NCBI GenBank assembly: GCA_021791415.1
Contig: JAJYWQ010000064.1
Location: forward strand, 91,446-155,445
Reading direction: 5' to 3'
Source of the DNA: a bacterium
Lineage (GTDB): Bacteria > Chloroflexota > Dormibacteria > Aeolococcales > Bog-877
Length of the DNA stretch: 64,000 nucleotides
Part shown: one piece after another, positions 48,799-57,192 of the stretch
Layout: each line of letters starts with the position of its first letter
How positions within the stretch are numbered: the stretch's first letter is position 1
Notes under the pieces: generated by a model
The model's input: only the letters and a program-made list of their open reading frames with translations
Database searches by the model: none
What the model was told of the DNA's origin: nothing
Made by a program: the position numbers and the translations under genes

Positions 48799-49737
48799 TC
48801 ATCCCTCCGGACCGCCCTCCAGGACCTGGCGGGCCAGGAGCTCTATGTCGAACGCCTCCTTGCGCACCCGCAGGTCGAAGTAGAAGAGGGTGAGGCCGGT
48901 GGCGAGGATGGGCGCCTCCAGCAGCGACACCACCAGCTGGCCCAGGTCCCGGACAGCCAGACCCAGCGGGGTGCTCACCCCGAAGGGGACGGAGAGCGCT
49001 CCTATCAGGGTGCCCAGCACTATCCCGATGAGAAGCTCGACGATCACCAGCGAGAGGATCACCCCGAACGCCCTTCCTACGTGCTGGGAGGTGAGCTCCC
49101 AGCTGCGGCGGATCGCGGCCCCGGGGGACAGCGCCTCCAGCACCAGCGCCGGAGTGGCGATCGAGAGGCGGGCGTAGGCGATCAGTCCGGCCACCAGGGC
49201 GGCCAGCCCGACGATCACCGAGAGGAGCACTCCCACCGCCTTCAGCACCGCGGCCAGGACCACCACCACCAGGACCAGCGCCACGACGGCGCCCAGCACC
49301 AGCCCCAGGATGATCAGCCCGAGCAGGACCAGCTGCGCCCAGCGCCGGACCGCGAATCGGTAGCAGGCGGTGGGGCTGGCCACCCGCCCGAGGAAGCGAT
49401 CGGCCACCGCCTTGGTGAAGGCGGCGGTCTGGAGGGGCACCACCACGGCGGCGGTCAGCACCAGAAGCACCACCAGGACCACCCCGGTCCCGACCAGGAA
49501 GTGGATCTCACTGTGCAGCTGAGCCGAGGTGAGCCGTTGGCCGGCAATGAGCCTGGGGGCGTTGGCCGGGCCGGCGAACACGGTGAGCAGGAAGCTGACC
49601 ACCTGGTAGGGCACCTGGACCACCGCGATCACCGCGAGGAACAGCAGGAAGTTGCGCCGGTAGAGGGTGAAAACGGTGTCCAGCAGCTCGGTGACCCGCA
49701 AGGGGCGCAGCCGGACCTCGGGCGGGGCGGACTGCAT
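48799..49737 (-). CDS. Integral membrane protein of MoxR clusters (GDPD membrane-domain-like)
   Basis: LRPLRVTELLD, ALVLE, AIRRSWEL, YFDLRVRKEAFDIE. Confidence 0.8.
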   Translation of the reverse strand: MQSAPPEVRLRPLRVTELLDTVFTLYRRNFLLFLAVIAVVQVPYQVVSFLLTVFAGPANAPRLIAGQRLTSAQLHSEIHFLVGTGVVLVVLLVLTAAVVVPLQTAAFTKAVADRFLGRVASPTACYRFAVRRWAQLVLLGLIILGLVLGAVVALVLVVVVLAAVLKAVGVLLSVIVGLAALVAGLIAYARLSIATPALVLEALSPGAAIRRSWELTSQHVGRAFGVILSLVIVELLIGIVLGTLIGALSVPFGVSTPLGLAVRDLGQLVVSLLEAPILATGLTLFYFDLRVRKEAFDIELLARQVLEGGPEG

Positions 49738-49786
49738 CGCGTGCAGCCTACACGAAGAAGGCCGCGGCGCTGCTATCGTCGCCGGG

Positions 49787-50188
49787 GTGGAGCCCTCCCC
49801 CCCACCGCCGATCCGGGCCGAGCTGGTCGAGAGCCGGAGAGCTCGTCCCCGGGCGACGGGTGCCGTCCTGGTGGCCGCGCTCCCGCTGCTGGCCCGGCTC
49901 GCGGTCTGGTGGCTGTCACGCCCCCGCTCGGGATCCGCTCCGGAACGGGGGGCGCCGGCCTCCCAGGTAGAGCGCACGGAGATGTGGGTCTCCAGGCGCT
50001 GGCCCGGCAGATGGAAGCTCCGCGTCGTCAGCACCAGGTGGATGGTGGCGCCCCCACCTCCTCGCGGCGGCAGCGCGGCTTCCTGGCTCCGGCTCCTGGC
50101 CCGCGGCGGGACCCCGGCCGCCGGTGGCCCCCCCTCCGATCTCCTCGGGTTGCCGGCGCCCACCGGGGCCGACAAGAGGCTGGGCTGA
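49787..50188 (+). CDS. Hypothetical protein
   Basis: TATCGT 7 nt upstream of the GTG; one hydrophobic segment. Confidence 0.4.
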   Translation: MEPSPPPPIRAELVESRRARPRATGAVLVAALPLLARLAVWWLSRPRSGSAPERGAPASQVERTEMWVSRRWPGRWKLRVVSTRWMVAPPPPRGGSAASWLRLLARGGTPAAGGPPSDLLGLPAPTGADKRLG

Positions 50189-50254
50189 GGGCGCAGCCCG
50201 GGGTGACCGGGACTGACGTTCTCCCGGGATGCCGTCGCCGGGCCGTCACCGCTC

Positions 50255-50289
50255 TTGCGGACTGCCGCGATCGCTGTTAGGATCGCGGC
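50255..50289 (+). promoter_or_regulatory. Sigma70-type promoter overlapped by a 9-bp inverted repeat
   Basis: TTGCGG-N17-TAGGAT with extended TG; GCCGCGATC at 50264-50272 and GATCGCGGC at 50281-50289. Confidence 0.55.
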
Positions 50290-50316
50290 GAGACAGACTT
50301 GCTCTCGTCCCTCCCC

Positions 50317-51465
50317 ATGTCTCGACCACTGAAATCGCGGCTGCTGCGCCTGACCGCCCAACTGGGTCTGTTCGGCACGCTGGTGCTGGGTGCGGCGGCG
50401 ATCGTGGCCCGGCCGGCAGGGGCCAGCAACATCGGGGCACAGATCGCTCAGTTGCAGGCTCAGGAGAGCGCCCTCCGCAGCCAGCTTGCCGGCATCCAGG
50501 GGCAGGCCTCCTCGGCAGCCCAAGAGGCGGCGGCCACCCAGCAGCAGGTGGCCGCCGCCCAGGCCAAGCTCGCGCAGGGGCAGGCTGAGCTGGCCCAGGC
50601 GAACGCCGCCCTGGCCCAGACCAACGACCGCATCGGGCAGACGCAGGCGCAGATCGTCCTGGACCGCACCCAGCTGGCTCAGCTGGTCCGGGAGATGTAC
50701 CAGCACGGTAACGCCAACAACCTCTCGACGGCGATCGCCGACAGCTCGGGGGTGACCCAGTTCTTCGACACCACGCTGCAGCTCCAGACGGTGGGTCAGC
50801 AGTTCAGCTCCCTCACCCAGGAACTCACCTCCGAGGAGGCCCAGCTCCGGACCCTCCAGGCGAGCCAGCAGGCGCAGCAGCAGAGGGTCACCGCCCTGGT
50901 GGCATCGTTCCAGGCGGCCGCCAACCAGCTCCAGGCCCAGGAGCTCAGCTTCCAGAGCCAGGCCAGCTCACTCTCGGGTCAGGCGGGTCAGCTCGCCTCC
51001 CAGATCCAGCAGCTCGCGTCCCAGATCCAGACCCTGCAGGCGGAGGAGGCGGCGATCAGCGCCTACGGCGGCCCCGCCAGCGCCGAGGAGGGGACCATCC
51101 TGAAGACCTTCCCGGCACCGGCACCGGCCTATCCGGACGGGTACCCCTGGGGTCAGTGCACCTGGTTCGTGGCCGGGCAGACCAACGTGCCCTGGCAGCC
51201 GCGAGGCAACGCGGACCAGTGGATCGGCGCGGACTACTCCATGGGCACCCCCTACGCCGTGGGCTCCACCCCGAGGGTGGACTCCATGGTGGTCTTCGAC
51301 CCCGGGGGGATCTACGACTACTACTACGGGCACGTCGCCTGGGTGGTGGCGGTCCTGGGGCCCACCACCTTCATCGTGGAGGAGGACAACTTCTACGGGT
51401 ACGGGCTGGCGGACCAGCGCGAGATCTACACCCTGCAGGGGGTCGAAGGTTTCATCTACGGTTAG
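50317..51465 (+). CDS. Coiled-coil plus CHAP hydrolase (PcsB/CwlO-like)
   Basis: Signal peptide, long Gln/Ala coiled coil, YPWGQCTWFV, GNADQW, YGHVAWV, EEDN. Confidence 0.9.
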   Translation: MSRPLKSRLLRLTAQLGLFGTLVLGAAAIVARPAGASNIGAQIAQLQAQESALRSQLAGIQGQASSAAQEAAATQQQVAAAQAKLAQGQAELAQANAALAQTNDRIGQTQAQIVLDRTQLAQLVREMYQHGNANNLSTAIADSSGVTQFFDTTLQLQTVGQQFSSLTQELTSEEAQLRTLQASQQAQQQRVTALVASFQAAANQLQAQELSFQSQASSLSGQAGQLASQIQQLASQIQTLQAEEAAISAYGGPASAEEGTILKTFPAPAPAYPDGYPWGQCTWFVAGQTNVPWQPRGNADQWIGADYSMGTPYAVGSTPRVDSMVVFDPGGIYDYYYGHVAWVVAVLGPTTFIVEEDNFYGYGLADQREIYTLQGVEGFIYG

Positions 51466-52311
51466 GTGGTGACTGCCTCCCCATCCTCGGTCGCCCACTC
51501 CCCGGGGCGGCCCCTTGTCCTCTACCACGGTGACTGCCCAGACGGGTTCGGCGCCGCCTTCGCCGCCTGGAAGGCGCTCGGAGATGGGGCGGACTACCGC
51601 GGGGTGAGCCACGGGGAGCCGCCGCCGGCGGTGGACGGAAGGCGCGTGCTGGTCTGCGACTTCGCGTACGACCGCGCGACGACCATCGCCCTGGCGGGAC
51701 GGGCGGCGGAGCTGATCATCCTCGACCATCACGTCTCCGCCCAGTCCGAGCTGGGAGACCTCCCCTTCTGCCACTTCGACATGCAGCGCAGCGGGGCGAT
51801 GATGGCCTGGGAGCACTTCCACCGGGAGCCCGCGCCCGACCTGCTCCGCTACGTTCAGGATCGGGACCTCTGGCGCAACGAGCTGCCCGAGTCCGAGGAG
51901 GTCTCGGCAGCCCTGAGGGCCCGGGACTTCGACTTCCAGACCTGGGATCAGCTGGACGTGGGGCAGCTGCGGGCCGAGGGCCGGGCACTTCTCGCCTACC
52001 AGAGGCGGACCGTGGAGCGGGTGGCGGCCCACGCCAGCCCGGTGGAGATCGCCGGGGTGAAGGTGCCGGCGGTGAACAGCCCGGTGCTCCAGAGCGAACT
52101 GGGGGACCGGTTGGCCCAGGGGCAGCCGTTCGCCGCGGTCTGGTGGCAGGGGGCCGGCGAGGTGGCACGATGGTCGCTGCGTTCCACCCCGGAGGGCATG
52201 GACGTCAGCGAGATAGCCGCCCGCTACGGCGGGGGTGGGCACCGGACTGCCGCTGGTTTCAAGGGCGAGCCCCCGCGGGGCGGGCGGGTGCCGGTACCCG
52301 AGCCGCGCTGA
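51466..52311 (+). CDS. DHH/DHHA1 phosphoesterase
   Basis: YHGDCPDG, ILDHH, QDRDLW, WSLRS, GGGGHRTAAGF. Confidence 0.9.
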   Translation: MVTASPSSVAHSPGRPLVLYHGDCPDGFGAAFAAWKALGDGADYRGVSHGEPPPAVDGRRVLVCDFAYDRATTIALAGRAAELIILDHHVSAQSELGDLPFCHFDMQRSGAMMAWEHFHREPAPDLLRYVQDRDLWRNELPESEEVSAALRARDFDFQTWDQLDVGQLRAEGRALLAYQRRTVERVAAHASPVEIAGVKVPAVNSPVLQSELGDRLAQGQPFAAVWWQGAGEVARWSLRSTPEGMDVSEIAARYGGGGHRTAAGFKGEPPRGGRVPVPEPR

Positions 52312-52317
52312 GGGCTT

Positions 52318-53409
52318 TCAGGAGCTCCCGCTGAGCCGCTCCCGGACGTAGGCGTTCCCGGGGCTCCAACTTCGCGGCCCCGCCCGCCGAACCTCCTCCA
52401 GGGCTGCTCCCAGGCGACCCAGCTCGCCAAGCTCGAGGACCGAGATGGCCGGCGACAGCGCCGCGGCTCGCGTGGCGTTGGCGAGCTGCTCCAGCCCCCT
52501 CAGGGTGTCCGAGCGGGCCGGGATCACCACCGCCCGCCGACCGAGCGCCAGGAGCTCGGCCATCGAGCTGCGCCCTGCCCTGGCGACGACGAGGCGGGCG
52601 GCCAACAGGTGGCGGGCATACCCGGCGCGGTCACCGCCGGGCTGCAGGCGGGGGTGGCGCTGGGGATCGACATCGTCCCCCGGGAACACCCGGCAGCCGG
52701 GGAGCTCCCCCGCGACCACGGCGGCCTCCAGCCGGTCGAGGATTCGGCGGTTGGACTCCCTGAGCCGGCGATCGCCGCGGCTGCCCCCTCCGAGCACCGC
52801 CACCGGCGGCCCGGCGGCGGTTGCCTGAGCCGAGAGCAGTTCGGGCCGCACCAGCGCGGGCAGCCGCAGCACCGGGGTGGAGCCGAGCTGCTCCAGTCTC
52901 ACGCCGCGGCGGAGCTCGCCCACCAGAACCAGGTCGGCCGCGGAGTGCAGCTCGGCGGCGAGACGCCGGGCCCCTGCCGTGTGGCCGGGGCTTGCCAGGT
53001 CGTGGAGGTTGGCCATCGCCACCAGCTGGCCGGGAAAGGCGCGACGCAGCAGCGGGAGGAGGAGTGGGTAGCCGTGCACCACCAGGGCGGCCGGGCGGGT
53101 CCGGCTCAGGGAGGAGAGGAGTCGCTGGAGGTCTCGAGAGTCGATCAGTGCCTGCTGCGGGTCCGGTCCGCCCGCCAATGTGAAGTCCCCGACTGGGTGG
53201 CGGGAGATGCGGCGGGCGTAGGAGGCCGCCTCGGGAGAGGTCAGGAGTCGGACGGGGGCGCCGGCGGCCTCCAACAACCCCAGAAGGGCCAGCGCCTCGG
53301 TGAGCCGCCCCAGACCGGGGCGCGCCCGCACCAGGATCCAGACCGGCCCTTCTCGCAGCCTGGCCCAGATGGAGGCCAGGTCTCTCTCCGAGCCCAAGGC
53401 CAAGGGCAC
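52318..53409 (-). CDS. GT28-like glycosyltransferase
   Basis: LGGGS, ARAGRSSMAELLALG, EQLANA; start inferred. Confidence 0.7.
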   Translation of the reverse strand: MPLALGSERDLASIWARLREGPVWILVRARPGLGRLTEALALLGLLEAAGAPVRLLTSPEAASYARRISRHPVGDFTLAGGPDPQQALIDSRDLQRLLSSLSRTRPAALVVHGYPLLLPLLRRAFPGQLVAMANLHDLASPGHTAGARRLAAELHSAADLVLVGELRRGVRLEQLGSTPVLRLPALVRPELLSAQATAAGPPVAVLGGGSRGDRRLRESNRRILDRLEAAVVAGELPGCRVFPGDDVDPQRHPRLQPGGDRAGYARHLLAARLVVARAGRSSMAELLALGRRAVVIPARSDTLRGLEQLANATRAAALSPAISVLELGELGRLGAALEEVRRAGPRSWSPGNAYVRERLSGSS

Positions 53410-53425
53410 CTTGAGGCAGGTCTTC

Positions 53426-53944
53426 TCAGGGCAGGAGGTCGGCGGGCACCAGCTGCCCCGACGTGAGCTCGGGCTGTCCTCCAACCCCGATCCCGTCCAG
53501 GGGGTCCAGGTCGAGGAGGAAGGAGCGGCACCTATCCCGCTCGTCCGACTCGCCGAGAGCGGCGGCGCAGACCATCAGCAGGTGGAGGGAGCGCAGGAAG
53601 CCACGGTTGGTCTCGTCCTCCCACCTGACCTCTCCACTTCCGCCCCACCCGTGCCGACGGAGGCGGTCCAGGCCCCGGTGGTATCCGACCCGGGCGCAGG
53701 CGTAGCCGAGCACCGGGTCTCCCGCAAGGTACTCCGCCTGGCCCAACCGTGCCCACCCGTCCAGGAACTCGGGGTGTCGGGCGCACACCGACCGCAGCGC
53801 CGAGAGATCGCCGGGCGCACACCCGGCCAGCTCCCGCTCCGCCTCCTGACTCTCCGGAGGTAGAACCGTGCGACGGCCGGCGGCGATCTGGTGCCCGTGG
53901 CCGGCCACAGGGACCGAGCCGAGGGGACGCGGTGGGTCTGCCAT
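53426..53944 (-). CDS. DUF3151 family protein
   Basis: YACARVGYHRGLDRLRRHGWGGSG...NRGFLR. Confidence 0.85.
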   Translation of the reverse strand: MADPPRPLGSVPVAGHGHQIAAGRRTVLPPESQEAERELAGCAPGDLSALRSVCARHPEFLDGWARLGQAEYLAGDPVLGYACARVGYHRGLDRLRRHGWGGSGEVRWEDETNRGFLRSLHLLMVCAAALGESDERDRCRSFLLDLDPLDGIGVGGQPELTSGQLVPADLLP

Positions 53945-53966
53945 CTGCTGCTGCCCTCTGGGGAGC

Positions 53967-54043
53967 TGGTACCCCGTAGCGGATTCGAACCGCTGATCTC
54001 CGCCTTGAGAGGGCGGTGTCCTGGGCCACTAGACGAACGGGGC
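53967..54043 (-). tRNA. tRNA-Glu (anticodon CTC)
   Basis: 77-nt cloverleaf: acceptor GCCCCGT/ACGGGGT, anticodon arm CCGCC-CTCTCAA-GGCGG, T-loop TTCGAAT, encoded CCA. Confidence 0.96.
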
Positions 54044-54064
54044 AGCGGTCGCTCGATGGCTAGT

Positions 54065-55864
54065 CTAAGCTCCCCGCGGTATCCCCGGCCGCTCGCGCGT
54101 CCCGGCGGCGGGACCCGGCGGCGCCGCCGGCCCCCAGATGACCAGGGCGGCCTCCACCAGGGCCGCGTGGCTCTGAACCTGGGGATAGTTGCCCAGCATC
54201 CTCCGGCTTGCCGGTTCGGCCACCTCGGAGAGCTGGCGAGAGGGGCCCGCAAGGCGTATCAGGGAGCGGAAGCGGGCCACGGCGGCCTCCCTGCGGCCGC
54301 AGGCCGCCTCCGCCGCCGCCGCCCAAAAGGATGGAAAGATGAAGGGCAGGCAGGGATAGGGGATCCCGTCCCGCTCCGGCCGGTGGCGGGCGACCAGAGG
54401 GAAGGTGCCCAGCTGGCCGAGCACGTGGTCCAGGGTGCCCGCCCTGCGGCCCCCCTCCGGTAGGGGGTAGCCGACCAGGTAGGCGGCCAGCGTCGCGGAG
54501 TCCGCGGAGGGCTCGCCGAAGGCCATGGTCAGCTCCCCCGACGGCCCCGTGCCGCGTCGCGCCACCGCCTCCTCCAGCTCACCGCGGGCCGCCGCCCAGC
54601 TGGCGGCGCCCGAGGCCTCGATCTTGCCGTGGCCGGCCAGGTCCAGGGCACGGTCCAGAGCCACCCAGGCCAGGATCTTGCTGTGCAGGTAGTGGCGACG
54701 GCGGCCGCGCACCTCCCAGATGCCATGGTCCGGCTCGGGCCAACCGATCGCCGCCGCGTCCGCCAACCGAGGGACCTGGTCCAGCAGCTGGGGCGGACAC
54801 CCCCCCACCTGCTCCAGCAGGTGGGCGAAGCGGCAGACCTCGCCCAGGGTGTCCACCTGGGCCTGCTGAGCAGCCCCGTTGCCCACCCTCACCAGCGCTC
54901 CGAGGTACCCGCGCAGGTGGGGCAGCGAGCGCTCGGGGGGAAGCGGGCCGCCGTCCAACCGCCGCACCGGCTGGGTTCCCTGGCGCAACAGCTCCGCCAG
55001 CCCTCGGGCCAGGTGGCGCGCTCCCTCCAGGTCGCCCCCGAGGGCTAGCGCGGTCCCGGCGTCGGCGTTGTCGCGCAGCCAGGCGTAGCGATAGTCCCAC
55101 GCGCGCGGGCTGCCCGGCCATTGGGGAATCGAGGTCACCGGGGCGGCCACCAGCAAGCCGCTCTCCCGATGCTGGAGGGCATGCAGCTGCTCCAGCGAGG
55201 CCGCCACCGCCTCGCGGGCCCAGCTGGGAGCCAGCGCCAGCCGAGCGCTGGCCGAGGGGAGCACGGCCCGCTGCCATCGCGCCGCCTCCTCAATAAGGGA
55301 GGGAACCTGGTCGCTGAAAAGCGGCTCCAGATCCGTGCCCAGGCGAAGTGTCGCTTTCAGACCCTCAGCGGGGACCTGGAGCGCTGCCCCCGGTTGGGGG
55401 CTGGCCGGGTGGATGTCCAGCCGGAGCGGTCCGCCGGGGCCGGAGGGCCAGGGTCCGGAGGGCAGGATGGCGCCGAAGGGCGCCGGGCGCCAGCCGGCTC
55501 CCGCCGAGGGGTCCTGGAGCTCCAGCACCGCCTCCAGGCCGGGCTGGCCGGAGAGGTGCCAGCGCACGGCCGGCCCCCCCGGCTCACCGCCGGCCACGGC
55601 CACCTCGAGCCGGGCCCTCTCCCCCCACCTGGCCACCATCACCCGGCCCGGTGCCAGCCAGCGGACCTCGGGGGCACCCCGAAGGCGGGGACGGATGGCG
55701 ACTGACACCCCCTGGGGGTCAAGGAGACGAGCCAGGCGCAAGGGCCCGTCGAAGCCGGGCGGGCTCCAGAACCAGCACCTTCCCCAACCGTCCACGAGCG
55801 CCGCCCCCAGCCCGTCCGAGAGGCAGAAGAGGGAGCGCAGCCGGGGGGCCGACGGGGGAGGCAT
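54065..55864 (-). CDS. Glycoside hydrolase family 15 (glucoamylase/trehalase-like)
   Basis: AAPVTSIP, WDYRYAWLRD, PDHGIWEVR, LSE, GNYPQVQSH. Confidence 0.88.
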   Translation of the reverse strand: MPPPSAPRLRSLFCLSDGLGAALVDGWGRCWFWSPPGFDGPLRLARLLDPQGVSVAIRPRLRGAPEVRWLAPGRVMVARWGERARLEVAVAGGEPGGPAVRWHLSGQPGLEAVLELQDPSAGAGWRPAPFGAILPSGPWPSGPGGPLRLDIHPASPQPGAALQVPAEGLKATLRLGTDLEPLFSDQVPSLIEEAARWQRAVLPSASARLALAPSWAREAVAASLEQLHALQHRESGLLVAAPVTSIPQWPGSPRAWDYRYAWLRDNADAGTALALGGDLEGARHLARGLAELLRQGTQPVRRLDGGPLPPERSLPHLRGYLGALVRVGNGAAQQAQVDTLGEVCRFAHLLEQVGGCPPQLLDQVPRLADAAAIGWPEPDHGIWEVRGRRRHYLHSKILAWVALDRALDLAGHGKIEASGAASWAAARGELEEAVARRGTGPSGELTMAFGEPSADSATLAAYLVGYPLPEGGRRAGTLDHVLGQLGTFPLVARHRPERDGIPYPCLPFIFPSFWAAAAEAACGRREAAVARFRSLIRLAGPSRQLSEVAEPASRRMLGNYPQVQSHAALVEAALVIWGPAAPPGPAAGTRERPGIPRGA

Positions 55865-55916
55865 CCGCAGAGGGTATCTGCGCCCACCCGGGCCGTGCGA
55901 GGCCCTTGGCGGATGG

Positions 55917-57110
55917 TCAGCTGGGCATCTGCTGCAGCTGGTCTCCGATGCCGGCGATCTTGCTGGCCCAGAGAGGGTCAGAGGCGTAGTCGACGTTCAT
56001 CCCGGCAGGGGTTGGTCCGTTGTAGTACTTCCCGGTGGGCACGGTCCCCGGCTGCCCGGGGTAGTTGGGGACCTGGGACCCTGGGGGTGTGAGGTAGTAC
56101 ACGGAGACGTACCAGGAGACGAAGGAGATGCACGCCTGGTCCGAGGGGAAGGTGGCCCCATCGCCGAAGGGGTTGGCGTCGTAGGCCTCGAATCCGAAGA
56201 GGTTGTGCTTCTGGAGGTACAGCTGCGAGGTCCCGAACCCGGTCTCCAGAACCGCATCCGCGACCAGGTAGACGGCCGACACATGGTTGGCGGCCTCAGC
56301 CTGGAGGAAGTAGCTCGAATCCGCCTCCAGCGGGGTGCCCTGCAGGAACTCCTGGATCTGCTGGAGGGTGACGCTGCTGGGCAGGGTCAAGTTGGTGGTC
56401 GTGGAGAAGGGTCCTGAGGCCGGGGTGGGAGTCGGTGGCGGAGGCGGGGTGGGGGTCGGTGGCGGAGGCGGGGTGGGGGTCGGCGGGGTCGGTGGGACCG
56501 GCGTTGCTGGGGTGCCCGGCTGGGTCGCCACCGTGGGAGAGGCCGAGGGCTGGCGGCTGGACTGGGCGCTGGCCGGCGGCGCGGGGGGATTGGCGGCCAG
56601 GTAGGCGGCCGCGATCTCTTCGGCCATCAGGCGGGCCGCGGTCACCCGGGCCTGGGCCTGGCGGGCGACGAGGGTGGCCTCGTCGGCCTGCTGCCGGCGC
56701 ATCTCCACCCTGAGCTGGGCGATCGCCGCCTGCTCCCCCTGGGTGAGCCGGGACAGCACTATCTGGGAGTCCAGGGCGCTGTTGAGGGAGGAGCTGCCGA
56801 TGACGTCGAGCATTCCCCCGGAACTCCCGGTGTACTCGGCGGCGACGAGGGCCGCCAGTTGGGACCGAGCCCGTCCGATCTCGGTCCCTTCCCGGGCCAG
56901 GCGTCCCCGCAGCGTCTGCACCTGCGCCAGCAGGGTTTGCTCCTTGGCCCGGGCCTGGGCGACCAGCGCCGCGAGCGAGGTGACCCGGGAGGAGGTGGGG
57001 GTGGCAGCTCGCGCGCCGCTGCCCGGGGCAGCCGAGACCGCCAGAACCGCCATCGCCCCCGCCGCCAGCAGGGCAGCCAGCGACCTCCAGATCCTGGGTT
57101 TCCCTTCCAC
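55917..57110 (-). CDS. Coiled-coil plus GH73 glucosaminidase
   Basis: Signal peptide, coiled coil, Pro/Thr linker, AVLETGFGTS, HNLFG, YASDPLW. Confidence 0.88.
   Translation of the reverse strand: MEGKPRIWRSLAALLAAGAMAVLAVSAAPGSGARAATPTSSRVTSLAALVAQARAKEQTLLAQVQTLRGRLAREGTEIGRARSQLAALVAAEYTGSSGGMLDVIGSSSLNSALDSQIVLSRLTQGEQAAIAQLRVEMRRQQADEATLVARQAQARVTAARLMAEEIAAAYLAANPPAPPASAQSSRQPSASPTVATQPGTPATPVPPTPPTPTPPPPPTPTPPPPPTPTPASGPFSTTTNLTLPSSVTLQQIQEFLQGTPLEADSSYFLQAEAANHVSAVYLVADAVLETGFGTSQLYLQKHNLFGFEAYDANPFGDGATFPSDQACISFVSWYVSVYYLTPPGSQVPNYPGQPGTVPTGKYYNGPTPAGMNVDYASDPLWASKIAGIGDQLQQMPS
56421..56483. repeat. 24-nt tandem repeat (about 2.6 copies) encoding a PTPTPPPP linker
   Basis: Unit CGGGGTGGGRGTCGGTGGCGGAGG. 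Confidence 0.8.
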
Positions 57111-57192
57111 GGGGCCAGATTCTGGCCGCGGGCCCGGAGATCCGAGCCCTTCGTAGCAGGGCCGATTCCGGTCTGTGACGGGAGATCGCGGA

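Noticed and set aside
53967..54043. tRNA-Glu as an integration site for the T4SS region
   Set aside because: I noticed no duplicated tRNA 3' end and no integrase; the flanks are ordinary genes.
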